From positions 416,001 through 480,000 of the forward strand of contig CAVOXA010000010.1 of the NCBI GenBank assembly GCA_963700285.1: a stretch of 64,000 nucleotides of DNA. Reading direction: 5' to 3'. This DNA comes from an uncultured Chloroflexia bacterium (GTDB taxonomy: Bacteria; Chloroflexota; Anaerolineae; JAAYZQ01). The notes under the pieces were generated by a model. It saw nothing but the letters and a program-made list of their open reading frames with translations, was not told where the DNA came from and searched no databases. Below, in pieces: positions 30,072 to 40,128 of the stretch (its first letter is position 1; every line of letters starts with the position of its first letter). Made by a program: the position numbers and the translations under genes.

Positions 30072-31174
30072 GATACTTGCTCCTCCGCAACGGATTTGCT
30101 AGGTTTCGGAAAGCGTCGGAAGTCTGGTCGAGAGCGATGTTCCTCAGCAACCTCCACCAGAACCTTGAGATTGCACAGGGGCGTGGTCAGGGGCACCGCG
30201 CATTCAGGCGACAGGATCTGGACGCCGCCATGCACAGCACGGCGGCAAGCTGCGGCGACGTCCTCGGGCGTGCCCCGCAGCAGGGTTTCTGGATTGTTGA
30301 TATTGCCGATGAGCGTCATCCTGCCCGCCGCAGCCGCTACCGCGTCGTAAATCTCGACTTGCGACTCGAAATGATAGCAGTCAATGCCTGTTTGGGCAAA
30401 ATCACGCAGGCGATCGGTCGTGTTGCCGCAGCAGTGCAGGACCGTGGGGCAGCCAATCTCTTGGACAATCTCCTGGTGCAGGGGCAATAGCATGTCACGG
30501 TACATGATGGGAGAGACCATGCCACCGGTGGCATGGTCAGCCAGGCAGACAATGTCCGCCCCGGCCCGCACCTGGGCCCTGGCAAAGGCGATGGGTACCG
30601 GCAGCAGCGCCTCAAGGGAGCGCTGTGCTCTGGCCGGATCCTTGATAGTACTGACAAGAAACTCCTCCACACCCATCATATGGTAGGACAGGGTCCAGGG
30701 TCCCATTACCTTGCCTACGATGACGACCCTGTCGCCCAGCGCCTGGCGCAGCAGACACAGGGCATCGAGTACAGCTTGGATAGGAGGCTCCTCCATCCAC
30801 CCTGGCGGGATGGAAAATTGGTGTCCTTCCCGCGCATCGTCGGCCATGGAAAAAGGGTGCGAAGTGACGCCAGGCATCATCTCGGGATTACCCCACTCCA
30901 TCTCACAGCCCAGGGCGGCTGCCTCCTGGGTAACACTAAACACAGGCATCACCGTATCATAGCCCAAGACTTCATAGCTTGTGGCCGCCAGCGCGGCCAT
31001 GGTTTCCGCATCCAGGTGCGCCACAGGGAACCATGCGTCTGCGGTTGCCATCAGATCCTGGGTGATCACCGACACAACGTTGCCCACCGGCGTACGGTCC
31101 GCCACTCCACCCAGGAGCGCCGTCAGGAAGCGGCGTTTGGGTCCCATCGGCCTCGGAAGCGGATCAAAGCTCAT
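30068..31174 (-). CDS. MtaA/CmuA-family methyltransferase (methylcobamide:thiol methyltransferase-like)
   Basis: AHLDAE.MA.LA, EAAALGC, GPWTL and the Zn motif LHCCG...SPEC, plus GNINN and TPL.NL. Confidence 0.85.
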   Translation of the reverse strand: MSFDPLPRPMGPKRRFLTALLGGVADRTPVGNVVSVITQDLMATADAWFPVAHLDAETMAALAATSYEVLGYDTVMPVFSVTQEAAALGCEMEWGNPEMMPGVTSHPFSMADDAREGHQFSIPPGWMEEPPIQAVLDALCLLRQALGDRVVIVGKVMGPWTLSYHMMGVEEFLVSTIKDPARAQRSLEALLPVPIAFARAQVRAGADIVCLADHATGGMVSPIMYRDMLLPLHQEIVQEIGCPTVLHCCGNTTDRLRDFAQTGIDCYHFESQVEIYDAVAAAAGRMTLIGNINNPETLLRGTPEDVAAACRRAVHGGVQILSPECAVPLTTPLCNLKVLVEVAEEHRSRPDFRRFPKPSKSVAEEQVS

Positions 31175-31176
31175 AT

Positions 31177-32349
31177 TTATCTCCTTGATAGCTGGCCGTA
31201 CTTCCAGGCAGCATCCCGGAAGGAAAGCAGGTTCTCGTAGGGTGTCAGCGGCGACGTGTTGCAGCTAGAGCCAAAAAGAAAGCGCCGCTTGTCGCCCATA
31301 GAGGCGAATAAGTCGCGTACGTAGGCATCGATCTGCCCCGCGGCGCGCGGGCCGGCAAGCTCCTGCTGGGGCGCCGCCATGCCGCCAGTCACGATCAAGC
31401 GCTCGCTCAGTTCCCGGGCTTGGTGCAGAGGCCAATCCCCCAGAGGGGGCGGCGCCTGGCCCTCAACGCAATCTAACTCCGCTTCCAGGAAGAGCGGTGC
31501 CAATGCCTTGAGCTGGCCGCAGGCGTGCAAAAAGAGGTACTTGCCCCGAGCGTGGACCACTTTAGCCGCCTTTTGCAGGGTAGGAAGACAGAAAGACCGG
31601 AACAGGCGCGGGCTGTAGAAAAGGCTGTCCACGTTGTCTGATACTTCCAACACGTAGGCGTCGTCCAAGTCCACAACCTCTTCCAGGAATTGCAGGAGGT
31701 TGCGTTCGTGGATCTGCGCCAGTTCCTGCATCTCCCGGGGGTGGTCGAGCATGAAATAGGTTGCCTGCTCCTGGCCTGCCAGCCAGTGGAACTGCTTCAG
31801 CGGCGTGGGCAGCAGGATGACGGGGATGATGCCATCATCGCCCACCCGCTCCACCCGCCGGTGCCATAGATCCGCATCCAGGTGGACCTCGGTATCCTCC
31901 AGCCAGTAGCGGATGGCTGGGTACTCCGATTCAAAGTCTTTCCACCAGTGTTCGGATTCGAAGGGCGCCCCGCTCTCCGGCCGGTACTCCCAAGTCTGAG
32001 TCAGTGTACCAAAAGGCGTTTCGATCTTTTCCTTGCGAATCGTTCCGGCGTCAAAGGTGGTAAACGACGTGAGGACCGTGTCTGATGGGACTTTCCCATC
32101 AAATTCAACCGAGTGACCACAGTTGGGATAGGTACGCTTGCTCACCTGGCCATCGTGGGTAGAATAGATGTCGGCCCCCATCTCGTTGAGCACGTCAACC
32201 GGGTTTTGGGTCCAGCCAAGGTGTTCCGGCAGCGTGCCCCGATACTTGTTCACATAGAACCACTGAAAGATATTGGGTATGAAAGGCACGCGGTCGGGCA
32301 ACTCCCCCGATAGAGCCGCCAGGCATCGCTCCTTGCCTGTCATGGTCAT
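31177..32349 (-). CDS. URO-D/MtaA-fold protein
   Basis: MTGKER.LA...PDRVP, TPFGTL, DNVD..YSP..F, HACG and GSSC..TP.EN. Confidence 0.82.
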   Translation of the reverse strand: MTMTGKERCLAALSGELPDRVPFIPNIFQWFYVNKYRGTLPEHLGWTQNPVDVLNEMGADIYSTHDGQVSKRTYPNCGHSVEFDGKVPSDTVLTSFTTFDAGTIRKEKIETPFGTLTQTWEYRPESGAPFESEHWWKDFESEYPAIRYWLEDTEVHLDADLWHRRVERVGDDGIIPVILLPTPLKQFHWLAGQEQATYFMLDHPREMQELAQIHERNLLQFLEEVVDLDDAYVLEVSDNVDSLFYSPRLFRSFCLPTLQKAAKVVHARGKYLFLHACGQLKALAPLFLEAELDCVEGQAPPPLGDWPLHQARELSERLIVTGGMAAPQQELAGPRAAGQIDAYVRDLFASMGDKRRFLFGSSCNTSPLTPYENLLSFRDAAWKYGQLSRR

Positions 32350-33497
32350 GATCCTGCCTCCAAGCCTTTCAGGATCTGGCGCCCTTCGTCGAACGAGTCC
32401 ACGGTCACCACAAAGGCGGCCCCAGTAGGAAAGGTCTTGACGGCCTTCAAGCTGTGCAAGGTATCAGGCGTGAAACCCATGCGGCTGGCCGCAACCCGGT
32501 GCTGGCTCAGGCTCTCGGCCCAGGCCGGAAAGTCGATCATGTCTGGCTGGCTGATGTCGGCCGTCTCCAGTCCCGCTGTTGAGACAAATTCCTGCCGCCA
32601 CTGGTCGCCCGAGCCGCAATAATGGATGCCGCCTCCGCCCAGCCCTGTCAGGACCTTTTCGTTGGCGGGCTGGATAAAGTCGGTGTACATGCGCGCGGAA
32701 AGCAGCGTCGACGAGTCGTCCTTGATCAGGCAATGGCCTTTGATTACCGACCAGTGCAGGCAGTTAAAACCATCGCCAACCGACTGGGTACTGAGAGAGC
32801 TGAAGGCGCGGCAGACCTTAATGTAAGTCTCGGCCACCAGGTCCAAGAGCTCCCGAACAAGCTCTGGGCAGTCATAGAGCGCGGTCAGGATCTCGCCCCC
32901 CCAGAGTTGCATGGCGATATCAAAAGGGCCCTGCAGGTCCGGTTGGGTAACGTGGATGGCCGCACTGCACTTGGGATAGGGGGCCAGCGCCTGGCGATAG
33001 TAAGCCATGGTGTCTGCGACCTGGCGATAGATCCCGGTCTCCAGCTCTGGCAGTCCGCGGGCCAACCAGGCCTTGGTACGTTCTGGACCGACCCCCTCCG
33101 TCCAGGGAAAGTTGTCCTCGACCTGGCAGACCTTTGCGCCAAAGAGCGAGGCGATCACGCCATTGCCATAGTTGGCTCTGATCTGCAGGGGGAAATCGTC
33201 CTTCAGCAGAACACTATTGACTACACTGGGTATGGGTCCCAGACCGGCCGAAGCATCAACCAGCTCATTGACCAGCATCTTGACCGGATCACGAAAGGCC
33301 TGGCTGTAGGGGTAATACGGAAAGCGTTGAGAGGGAGGGGCACCAACGGTCACCGGTGGGTGGTCCACATGTTCCCAGCTCAGTGCGCGCCGCTGGCGCT
33401 CCTCTACCCGGGCGACGTGGTCCAGGTCCAAATGCTCCTCGAGCCAGTCGAGGATCAAAGTCAGCACTGAAGTTGGGTCAGATGCGGCTACGGTCAT
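32346..33497 (-). CDS. Divergent URO-D-fold protein
   Basis: DLQGPFD.A..L.G, YD.PE.V.ELL, DDS..LLS..MY.DF and IHYCG. Confidence 0.7.
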   Translation of the reverse strand: MTVAASDPTSVLTLILDWLEEHLDLDHVARVEERQRRALSWEHVDHPPVTVGAPPSQRFPYYPYSQAFRDPVKMLVNELVDASAGLGPIPSVVNSVLLKDDFPLQIRANYGNGVIASLFGAKVCQVEDNFPWTEGVGPERTKAWLARGLPELETGIYRQVADTMAYYRQALAPYPKCSAAIHVTQPDLQGPFDIAMQLWGGEILTALYDCPELVRELLDLVAETYIKVCRAFSSLSTQSVGDGFNCLHWSVIKGHCLIKDDSSTLLSARMYTDFIQPANEKVLTGLGGGGIHYCGSGDQWRQEFVSTAGLETADISQPDMIDFPAWAESLSQHRVAASRMGFTPDTLHSLKAVKTFPTGAAFVVTVDSFDEGRQILKGLEAGS

Positions 33498-33511
33498 GAG
33501 TTACCTTTCTT

Positions 33512-33581
33512 GGTCGGGCAAGATACCGTCCTGTTTTGCCCGGTTGCCGGGATGGTGGGGCAAGATGGCATCTTGCCCTAC
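33512..33581. repeat. REP-like palindromic repeat (one perfect and one degenerate copy)
   Basis: GGGCAAGATG-G-CATCTTGCCC-TAC at 33558-33581 and a degenerate copy at 33516-33541. A related copy lies at 52611-52631. Confidence 0.65.
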
Positions 33582-33587
33582 CCGAAT

Positions 33588-33920
33588 CTAGGCCGGTGCA
33601 TCCTCCAGGTCCCAGCGCTCCAGGAAGAAAACGACCGGCCTCAGCCCATCGGTACAACAGGCAGTCGCTGTACCCGGTTCTGCCATCCAGGGGTAATTGG
33701 CGCCGAACCGCAGGCCGCTGATGTAGCGATAGATGTCATCAAAGGCAGCCTGGCAGAAACCCCGCGGCGGTTCGCCCACGTCAAGCATGAACTCGTCACC
33801 CACATCAAATAGGGGACACACCGGCTCAAAACCTGGCGCGCTGCCGCCACCGCCTTTGGGGTGCACGTCCCTCATGTCCAGCTTGTTGATCACCGTAACC
33901 TTGATTCTGGGAATGCTCAT
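33588..33920 (-). CDS. TIGR04076-family small Cys-rich protein
   Basis: KVTV, CP.F.VGDEF, P.GFC..A and CCTDGLRPVVF.LER. Confidence 0.85.
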   Translation of the reverse strand: MSIPRIKVTVINKLDMRDVHPKGGGGSAPGFEPVCPLFDVGDEFMLDVGEPPRGFCQAAFDDIYRYISGLRFGANYPWMAEPGTATACCTDGLRPVVFFLERWDLEDAPA

Positions 33921-33950
33921 ACGTTTCTTTCTCCAGGCGTGTCTCTCACT

Positions 33951-35165
33951 TTAGCCATCCTCGGCCAGCATGCCGTCGAACAGCAGCACCAGATACATCA
34001 ACGCACGCGGGATGTGAAAGGCCGACTTGACCTTGGACCCTTTGTCGCCCACCTTGACACTGCCGTCGCGATAGAGATACTTGTACCACTCACCATATTC
34101 CGGATCGTAAAAGTGCTGCTGAGTGTAGTCGTGCACGTGCTGAAAGTGCTGCCAAAAGTCATCACGCTCACTCAGGTGGGCAGCCAGGGCCAGAGTGTAG
34201 AGCGCCTCGGAATGGACCCACCAGATCTTGCTGGCCCAGCCCTCCCCCAGATCCTTGACAACCTGGGGCACATAGGGCTCTTTGCCCTCAGGATCGACAA
34301 AAGCCAGGATACCGCCCTGCTCGTGGTCGAAGCCCTTTTCGACCATCCACTCGCAGATCTGGATGGCCCTTTCGACCATCGCACGGTCGCCTCGAGCACG
34401 GGCCTCGTGCAGCACGAACCACATCGACTCCAGTGCATGACCAGGGTTGATCATGCGCCCTTCATGGCTATCTACTAATCCCCCGTCGCGGGCTACCATC
34501 TCAAACAGAACCCGCTGTTCGTCCTTGGCAAAAACGTTCAGCACCTTGTCCAGGCAGTAGTCGGTGATGGGACGGGTGCGCTCCTGGCCCAGCACCGGGG
34601 CTGCCACGTTCGCAACGTTGACGGTGATCATGTAAGGCCCATGGTAGAGATACTGGGGGTTGAGGGTGAAGTGATGATATTGGTCAAAGGCGGGATCGTA
34701 GAGATTCCGCTGATAGCGGTCAAATGCCTGGTGTATGAGGTCCAGGTCCTCGTCACTGCCTGAAGCCAGCGCATACTCACAGAGGGCCAGGATGGCAAAA
34801 CCGTCGGTGAAGAGCGAAAGGTTGGGAACGACCACGTTCCCCTGCCGGTCGAGGTGGTAATACCAGCGACCACCGCCAGCGTGGGCACGTTCGACCAGGA
34901 AATCACGGCCGTGGCGAGCGAGGTCCAGCCATTTTTGGCGCTTCTCTATCTGGTTGTATAGGGCTGAGAACATCCAGACCTGCCGGCCCTGGCACCAGGT
35001 ATACTTGTCACCGCTGGTGAGTTGCCCCTCCCGGTCAAAGCAGGTCAGATATCCACCATACTCCCGGTCCTGGGTACGCTCCTCCCAGAAGGGCATGATG
35101 TCATCCAGGAGGTGCTGCCGGTAGAAGCCGGCATATGCTTGCAGTTCGTCTCTGGTCGGGCCCAT
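33951..35165 (-). CDS. N-acylglucosamine 2-epimerase (AGE family)
   Basis: IMPFW, D.EYGGY.TCFDR.G, QGRQVW, PGHALE, WWVHSEALY and FHIPRAL. Confidence 0.92.
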   Translation of the reverse strand: MGPTRDELQAYAGFYRQHLLDDIMPFWEERTQDREYGGYLTCFDREGQLTSGDKYTWCQGRQVWMFSALYNQIEKRQKWLDLARHGRDFLVERAHAGGGRWYYHLDRQGNVVVPNLSLFTDGFAILALCEYALASGSDEDLDLIHQAFDRYQRNLYDPAFDQYHHFTLNPQYLYHGPYMITVNVANVAAPVLGQERTRPITDYCLDKVLNVFAKDEQRVLFEMVARDGGLVDSHEGRMINPGHALESMWFVLHEARARGDRAMVERAIQICEWMVEKGFDHEQGGILAFVDPEGKEPYVPQVVKDLGEGWASKIWWVHSEALYTLALAAHLSERDDFWQHFQHVHDYTQQHFYDPEYGEWYKYLYRDGSVKVGDKGSKVKSAFHIPRALMYLVLLFDGMLAEDG

Positions 35166-35264
35166 ATTGGCCTCCTCTCTCGTGGTAGCAGACCCCTTGC
35201 GCTTGTGCGGCTGGATTCATTCCCAGCGCCTGATCGCGCGCCTGGCGGGGCGCACTATAGTGGC

Positions 35265-35744
35265 TCAGATGACGCCATCGTCGCCGATGGCGGTGTCGGC
35301 AAAAAAGTTATCCTGCCGCAGACTGGGCATCGAGACCTCCAGCAGGAGCGCAGGCCCCACGCCGGTGAAAGAATGGCGCTGGCCGGGCGGCATCACCAGG
35401 GTGTCTCCTTCTTGCAGGATCATCTCTTCCCCGTCTACAATCAAGCGGAGCGTGCCCTTAACCAAAAAAAAGGTCTCGTGCTTCATGCCATGATGGTGGT
35501 AGGGGCAGGTCTGGCCGTCAGCGACAAAGAGGAATTTGCCGCAATAGCCGGTCTCTTTGTCGTTGGCCACCCAGTATTCAATCTCGCCGATCTCATCGAA
35601 CCTGCCCAGGCCAAAGTCCAGAGCCAGCGGCTCGACGGCAGGCATCGTCAGGCCCCAAGCCCGGATCGTATCCTGGCAGTATACCAGGGCCCGGGCACGC
35701 TTCTCGCCAGTAATCTGAAAGGGAAAATCCAACTCCTCGCTCAT
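35265..35744 (-). CDS. Cupin-fold D-lyxose/D-mannose ketol-isomerase family protein
   Basis: DFGLG.F, YCGK.L, QTCPYHHH..K.E, H.F..LLEVS and DN.F. Confidence 0.85.
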   Translation of the reverse strand: MSEELDFPFQITGEKRARALVYCQDTIRAWGLTMPAVEPLALDFGLGRFDEIGEIEYWVANDKETGYCGKFLFVADGQTCPYHHHGMKHETFFLVKGTLRLIVDGEEMILQEGDTLVMPPGQRHSFTGVGPALLLEVSMPSLRQDNFFADTAIGDDGVI

Positions 35745-36742
35745 GATTCATCTCCTTGGTTCGCTTTCCAGCTTTCTGACAACCTATCCAGCAAAGGCCC
35801 ATCAATCTGCCGCCCCATCTCCCGCCAGGCCAGGAACAGGGTTCCGACCACGGGCTCAAAGGCAGGCTGAGGGAATAAAGCCTTGGGCAGCACCTTCCGG
35901 ACAGCCGCTTGAAAAGAAGGGACGAGGTAGCGGCTCTCGTGGCGTAGGCCGCCCGTGAAATAGACCTTCACCGGTGCGCCCTGCATGTCCAGTGCCCGGG
36001 CTACCGCCACTGCCGCCTCGGCCAGGTATTGGCCGGCCTCTCTAAGAAGCCCTTGAGCTGTGGCATCTCCCCTGGCCGCGATCCGGGCCACCAGCGGGGG
36101 CAACCCGGCGATGTCCTGGAATCGAATCTCTCCACCCAGGATGGCGTACTTGAGCCCCACCGGGTCGGAGGCCTGAAAATGGCGCAGTATTGGATCGACC
36201 ATCTGTGTCGGGGGATCGCGACCATCCAGGGCGCGGAAGACGCTGTTGATGGCAGCTCGTCCGATGTTATAGCCGCTGCCCTCGTCTCCCACAGCATAGC
36301 CCCAGCCACCGGCCGCCCACGAGCGGCTGTCCTCCGTGAACCCATAGGCCACGGCCCCGCCACCAGCGATGACGACGATGCCAGGCTGTCCAGCGCTGGC
36401 GCCCAGGAGATTGGTCACAGCATCGTGGACCACCCGGTAGCGTCTGGCCCGGACCGCATCCTCCACGGCCCGCTGAAAGGCCTCTATCAAGGGAGAACTT
36501 GGCTCTGCACCTGACATACCCAGGACGGCCATCTCAAAAACCACATTTTCCCACGACCCAATGATGAGCGCATCCTCCAGGATTTCCCGCAACCGGCGTT
36601 CCAGGCTTTCGGAAAAATCGCCGTCGAGATTGGAAAACGCGGAGGCGACTTGAGCATATCCAACCACCTGGCCGTCCAGGGTCGCCAGCACCACCTTGGT
36701 CGATGTCTGGCCACCGTCCACGCCCAAGATGAACTCCGACAT
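35741..36742 (-). CDS. BadF/BadG/BcrA/BcrD-family sugar kinase (N-acetylhexosamine kinase-like)
   Basis: LGVDGGQTST, HDA, VIAGGG and GGWG..VGDEGSGY. Confidence 0.9.
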   Translation of the reverse strand: MSEFILGVDGGQTSTKVVLATLDGQVVGYAQVASAFSNLDGDFSESLERRLREILEDALIIGSWENVVFEMAVLGMSGAEPSSPLIEAFQRAVEDAVRARRYRVVHDAVTNLLGASAGQPGIVVIAGGGAVAYGFTEDSRSWAAGGWGYAVGDEGSGYNIGRAAINSVFRALDGRDPPTQMVDPILRHFQASDPVGLKYAILGGEIRFQDIAGLPPLVARIAARGDATAQGLLREAGQYLAEAAVAVARALDMQGAPVKVYFTGGLRHESRYLVPSFQAAVRKVLPKALFPQPAFEPVVGTLFLAWREMGRQIDGPLLDRLSESWKANQGDES

Positions 36743-36760
36743 GTTTTCTCCACCATAGAT

Positions 36761-36811
36761 CAGACCTCAGAAGGCACGAACCTCCGGCTTGATGGAGACC
36801 TCCAAGGTCTG
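36761..36811. repeat. Short palindromic intergenic element (AGACCT-N3-AGGTCT type)
   Basis: AGACCTCCAAGGTCT at 36796-36810, plus an upstream CAGACCT that can pair with AGGTCTG. Confidence 0.35.
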
Positions 36812-36820
36812 TATTAGGTT

Positions 36821-37522
36821 CTAGGTTCCAGAAAAATGCGCCCGAATGGCGTCGACGAAGCGGAGTGTGATGTCATCGGGCCGGGTGATGGCCGTCCCCA
36901 CGACCACCGCATGGGCTCCGAGTTCAAAAGCTTTGCATACCTGAGACGGGGTCCAATATAGACCTTCGGCCACGACCGGGACGGACAGGTTCTGGGTCAA
37001 CTGGCGCAACAGGTCAAAATCAGGCGTTTCCCGGCCATGGAGAGCAAAGGTTGGAGCCACCAGGTCTGCCCCCAGATCCTGCGCCCGCAGCGCCCCGTCA
37101 AAAGTGGCAATGTCGGCCATGATCACCAGGCCCAGTTCCTCACGTGCCCGAAGGAAAAGATCTCCCAGGCGCGTACCATCCGGGCGCTCCACGCGGCGGC
37201 TGTCCACGGCAACAATGTCCGCTCCGGCGCGGGCCACCGCAGCGGCTTCTTCAAAGGTAGCTGTGATCCATAGCTGGCCTGCCGCATCGTGGCTCTTCTG
37301 GATGCCAATGATGGGCAGACGCGGCTCGTGGTGCAGAGCCGTGGCAAGTGCCGCAGCAATTGCCGCAATATCCTCCACTCCGTTGGCGCGGATACCAACT
37401 GCGCCACCCTTCTCCGCCGCCTGGGCCATAGCCGCCATGTAAATCGGACCGTGCAGCGGGCTGTCAGGCCAGGCCTGACAAGAAACGATCAGCCCATTGT
37501 GGATACGCTCGATCGGATTCAT
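36821..37522 (-). CDS. nanE: N-acetylmannosamine-6-phosphate 2-epimerase
   Basis: GLIVSCQA, GGAVGIRANG, PIIGI.K, ITAT, MADI, VAEG and VVVGTAITRP. Confidence 0.92.
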   Translation of the reverse strand: MNPIERIHNGLIVSCQAWPDSPLHGPIYMAAMAQAAEKGGAVGIRANGVEDIAAIAAALATALHHEPRLPIIGIQKSHDAAGQLWITATFEEAAAVARAGADIVAVDSRRVERPDGTRLGDLFLRAREELGLVIMADIATFDGALRAQDLGADLVAPTFALHGRETPDFDLLRQLTQNLSVPVVAEGLYWTPSQVCKAFELGAHAVVVGTAITRPDDITLRFVDAIRAHFSGT

Positions 37523-38715
37523 TCATCAGCTCCTGGCGCGCCGGCACGGGCGCCGCGGATGAAAAGATCCACCCTCTCCGGCGGGGTGGTCAGGGTGACC
37601 GGGCTGCCCAGGCCCGCAATGAAGGCGCCATCGTACCCGGCCATACGCACCTGTCGCGCCACCTCAGCAACCAACTCGGTCTCGGCAGCTTTCTCGACCA
37701 TACCATAGGCGTCGACATTGCCCATGAGACAGAGATCGGGACCTATGGAGGCCCGGACCTCGCCAATCTCAATGACAAAGCTCTTTTTGCTCTCTTCCAC
37801 CATCAGGGCATCAATTGGCAATTGGCGAAGCGCAGGTAGGCGGGGCATAACGTCACCGCAAAAATAGAGGATGCTCTTGAGCTCCATACGGCGAAGCTGC
37901 TCGAACAGCCGCTCTTCATAGGGTAGTACAAAGCGCTCGTACATGCGGGGCGAGATGATGTCCGCTGAGACCAGGCACTCCTCGATGCGGATGCCGTGCC
38001 CGCCGGCATCCTTGAAGGCCTGGGCATACTCCAGCGTGGCCTGCAGCGAGGCATCCATGATCTCAAATACCAATTTGGGTGCGTCGTACAGGGCCGTCAG
38101 CATGCCCTCAAAGCCCAACAGGTCATAGAGCATCCAGAATGGGGCGCTGCCGCCGGCATAGATAAAAAAGTCGTCGCCCTTCTCGCCAGCCAAGATCTCA
38201 ACCAGGCGCATATTGCCGCGGGCCGCGCGGGAAGACTCTTGATGCTGCGCCAGTTCTTGCCTCAAGCTGTCCTGGCCCAGGCCAAGTTGGTGGGTCCATT
38301 CGAGCCTCCGGCGTATCTCTTCCGTCTTGGATTCCTGGCCATCCAGCAGCAGTTGGCGGCGCTCTCCGGCTGCGCGGTCTAGCTCAAAAACCTGGTCACC
38401 TTCCAGCACCAACTCGCGCTGGCCCAACACCCCGGGGATCGGGACGCCAGAGACTTGGAGCCAGTCATCCTGCTCCTGGAAGCAGGTATGGGCTTGCAGG
38501 AGAGCTTGAGCCCGAATTTCTACATCCTCGTCGGGATCCAGACGCACGCGCCCCTCACGCTCCAGGCGCGGGCGATAGGCTGACACGTAGGCCCCTTCGA
38601 TGCGTTCGGCAAGGTAGAGGAGCATATAGTCGACGGCCACCGGGGTAACAGGTGGTCGTCCGCCCGCCAGGGCACTGAGCAAACGATCCTTGCCGGTCAT
38701 GGCATCTCGCTCCAT
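37519..38715 (-). CDS. URO-D-fold protein
   Basis: MTGKDRLL, APF..L.GFE.ML, S.DIISP..YERF.LPY, YFCG, GNVD and TPPE.V. Confidence 0.8.
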   Translation of the reverse strand: MERDAMTGKDRLLSALAGGRPPVTPVAVDYMLLYLAERIEGAYVSAYRPRLEREGRVRLDPDEDVEIRAQALLQAHTCFQEQDDWLQVSGVPIPGVLGQRELVLEGDQVFELDRAAGERRQLLLDGQESKTEEIRRRLEWTHQLGLGQDSLRQELAQHQESSRAARGNMRLVEILAGEKGDDFFIYAGGSAPFWMLYDLLGFEGMLTALYDAPKLVFEIMDASLQATLEYAQAFKDAGGHGIRIEECLVSADIISPRMYERFVLPYEERLFEQLRRMELKSILYFCGDVMPRLPALRQLPIDALMVEESKKSFVIEIGEVRASIGPDLCLMGNVDAYGMVEKAAETELVAEVARQVRMAGYDGAFIAGLGSPVTLTTPPERVDLFIRGARAGAPGADE

Positions 38716-38722
38716 CCTCCGC

Positions 38723-39850
38723 CTAGCTGATCTTTAGCTTGAACCAGCGGATATTAGAGACACAGTCTTCGTAGCCCCAGAAGGCGACAAAGACCGTCCC
38801 ATCCGGCAGGGCAGTGATGCAGGGAGCGCCGAAGCGCAGCACCTGAAAGTTCTCTACCATATTCTCAGACGCGCCGGTCAGGCCTGAGGCGCCCGTTCCC
38901 CAAAGTCCGAGGCAGGAATCGTTTACCCAGTCGTCGCCCTCCAAATGGGACAGGTTCGCCCAGAGGCCTGGCTCGTCGGTGCGGCGGTATATGGACAAGA
39001 TCCGCCCATCGGGGAGGACAAAGGGAGTCAAGGTCTGGCCCATGAGCCCCGTCGATGCCGGCGTGGACCACGTTGCGCCGCGGTCATCGCTGATGGCATA
39101 CTGGTTGGGCCGGTCCTGGGCCGCAGCCCGATCGTAGGCCCAGGCGACTGCAAGCAGTCGATCATCGGCCAGCTCTACGATCTTGGACTCCCAATAGACA
39201 ACATGCTGCTCCGGGTCCCTCATCACCGCCACGTATTCCGGCCAGGTTACACCGTGGTCGTAGGAAACGAGGGCCAGCATCATATGGCCGTTGGGATTGT
39301 ACCCGTCCCAGCCTTGCCAGGTGGAGGTGGGCAGAACCCACCTGCCGTCCTGCAAGGGCGTGATAGGGCAGCACAGCTCAAAGCCCGGACCAACCAACGG
39401 AGGAGCTATGGGTACGGGTTCGCTCCACGTGCGGCCATGGTCGGTCGAACGCAGAAGCAAAAGCTCAGTCGGAACAAAGCCCAGATTCTCCGGGTTGGTA
39501 AGCCCCTCTTCCGGATGATCGCTTCGGTCAGACCGCACCATAAAGGCCAGCAATTCACCACCTGGCAGAGCGGTAAGCCGGGACCCATCCGAAGTGAGGC
39601 GATCTGTCATACCGGGGTAGATGGGGCCGAGCAACTGCCAGCTTTCGCCCTGGTCACCCGAGCGCGCGATATAAGTATGGCAATCAGGGGATTCGAATGC
39701 CTCGCCCAGCACCAGCGAGCAGAGCAGATCGCCATTGTCCATGAGCACCACAGAGGGAAAATAGGCATGAATGCTGCGCACGTGTGCTTTTGGGTTGCGA
39801 TAAACGAGGCCTGTTCCGGTGCATTCGATCTCAGAGCCCATTGCAGTCAT
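38723..39850 (-). CDS. BNR/Asp-box sialidase-like protein (no signal peptide)
   Basis: Four Asp-boxes: SGDQGESW, STDHGRTW, SYDHGVTW, SDDRGATW. Confidence 0.8.
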   Translation of the reverse strand: MTAMGSEIECTGTGLVYRNPKAHVRSIHAYFPSVVLMDNGDLLCSLVLGEAFESPDCHTYIARSGDQGESWQLLGPIYPGMTDRLTSDGSRLTALPGGELLAFMVRSDRSDHPEEGLTNPENLGFVPTELLLLRSTDHGRTWSEPVPIAPPLVGPGFELCCPITPLQDGRWVLPTSTWQGWDGYNPNGHMMLALVSYDHGVTWPEYVAVMRDPEQHVVYWESKIVELADDRLLAVAWAYDRAAAQDRPNQYAISDDRGATWSTPASTGLMGQTLTPFVLPDGRILSIYRRTDEPGLWANLSHLEGDDWVNDSCLGLWGTGASGLTGASENMVENFQVLRFGAPCITALPDGTVFVAFWGYEDCVSNIRWFKLKIS

Positions 39851-39883
39851 TTGAACGACGCCTCCTGGCAAAGACCAGAACAT

Positions 39884-39911
39884 AGCATAGCACATTTCCC
39901 TCTCGTGTCAA
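39884..39911 (-). promoter_or_regulatory. Leftward sigma70 promoter of the catabolic island
   Basis: On the minus strand: TTGACA (39911-39906), 16 bp spacer, TG-N-TATGCT (39889-39884). Confidence 0.55.
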
Positions 39912-39947
39912 GTTGGTTGGTCAATAGTAGCCAAAACAGAACAAGAT

Positions 39948-39976
39948 TTGACATGAGCCTATTCCTATGATATGAT
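39948..39976 (+). promoter_or_regulatory. Rightward sigma70 promoter of the catabolic island
   Basis: TTGACA (39948-39953), 17 bp spacer, TG-N-TATGAT (39971-39976). Confidence 0.7.
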
Positions 39977-40128
39977 GCACTCCGTCGCGCAGGTCGTGGC
40001 CGGCTTCAGATGGCAGATGTTGTTCATTTATGCTCGTTTCTGCGCCATTACGACCAGCAACGTACATGGGCTTTGATCCGATTGCATGACGCACGCGAGA
40101 GCATCTTTGCGCCCTTTAGGCCAGGTAG

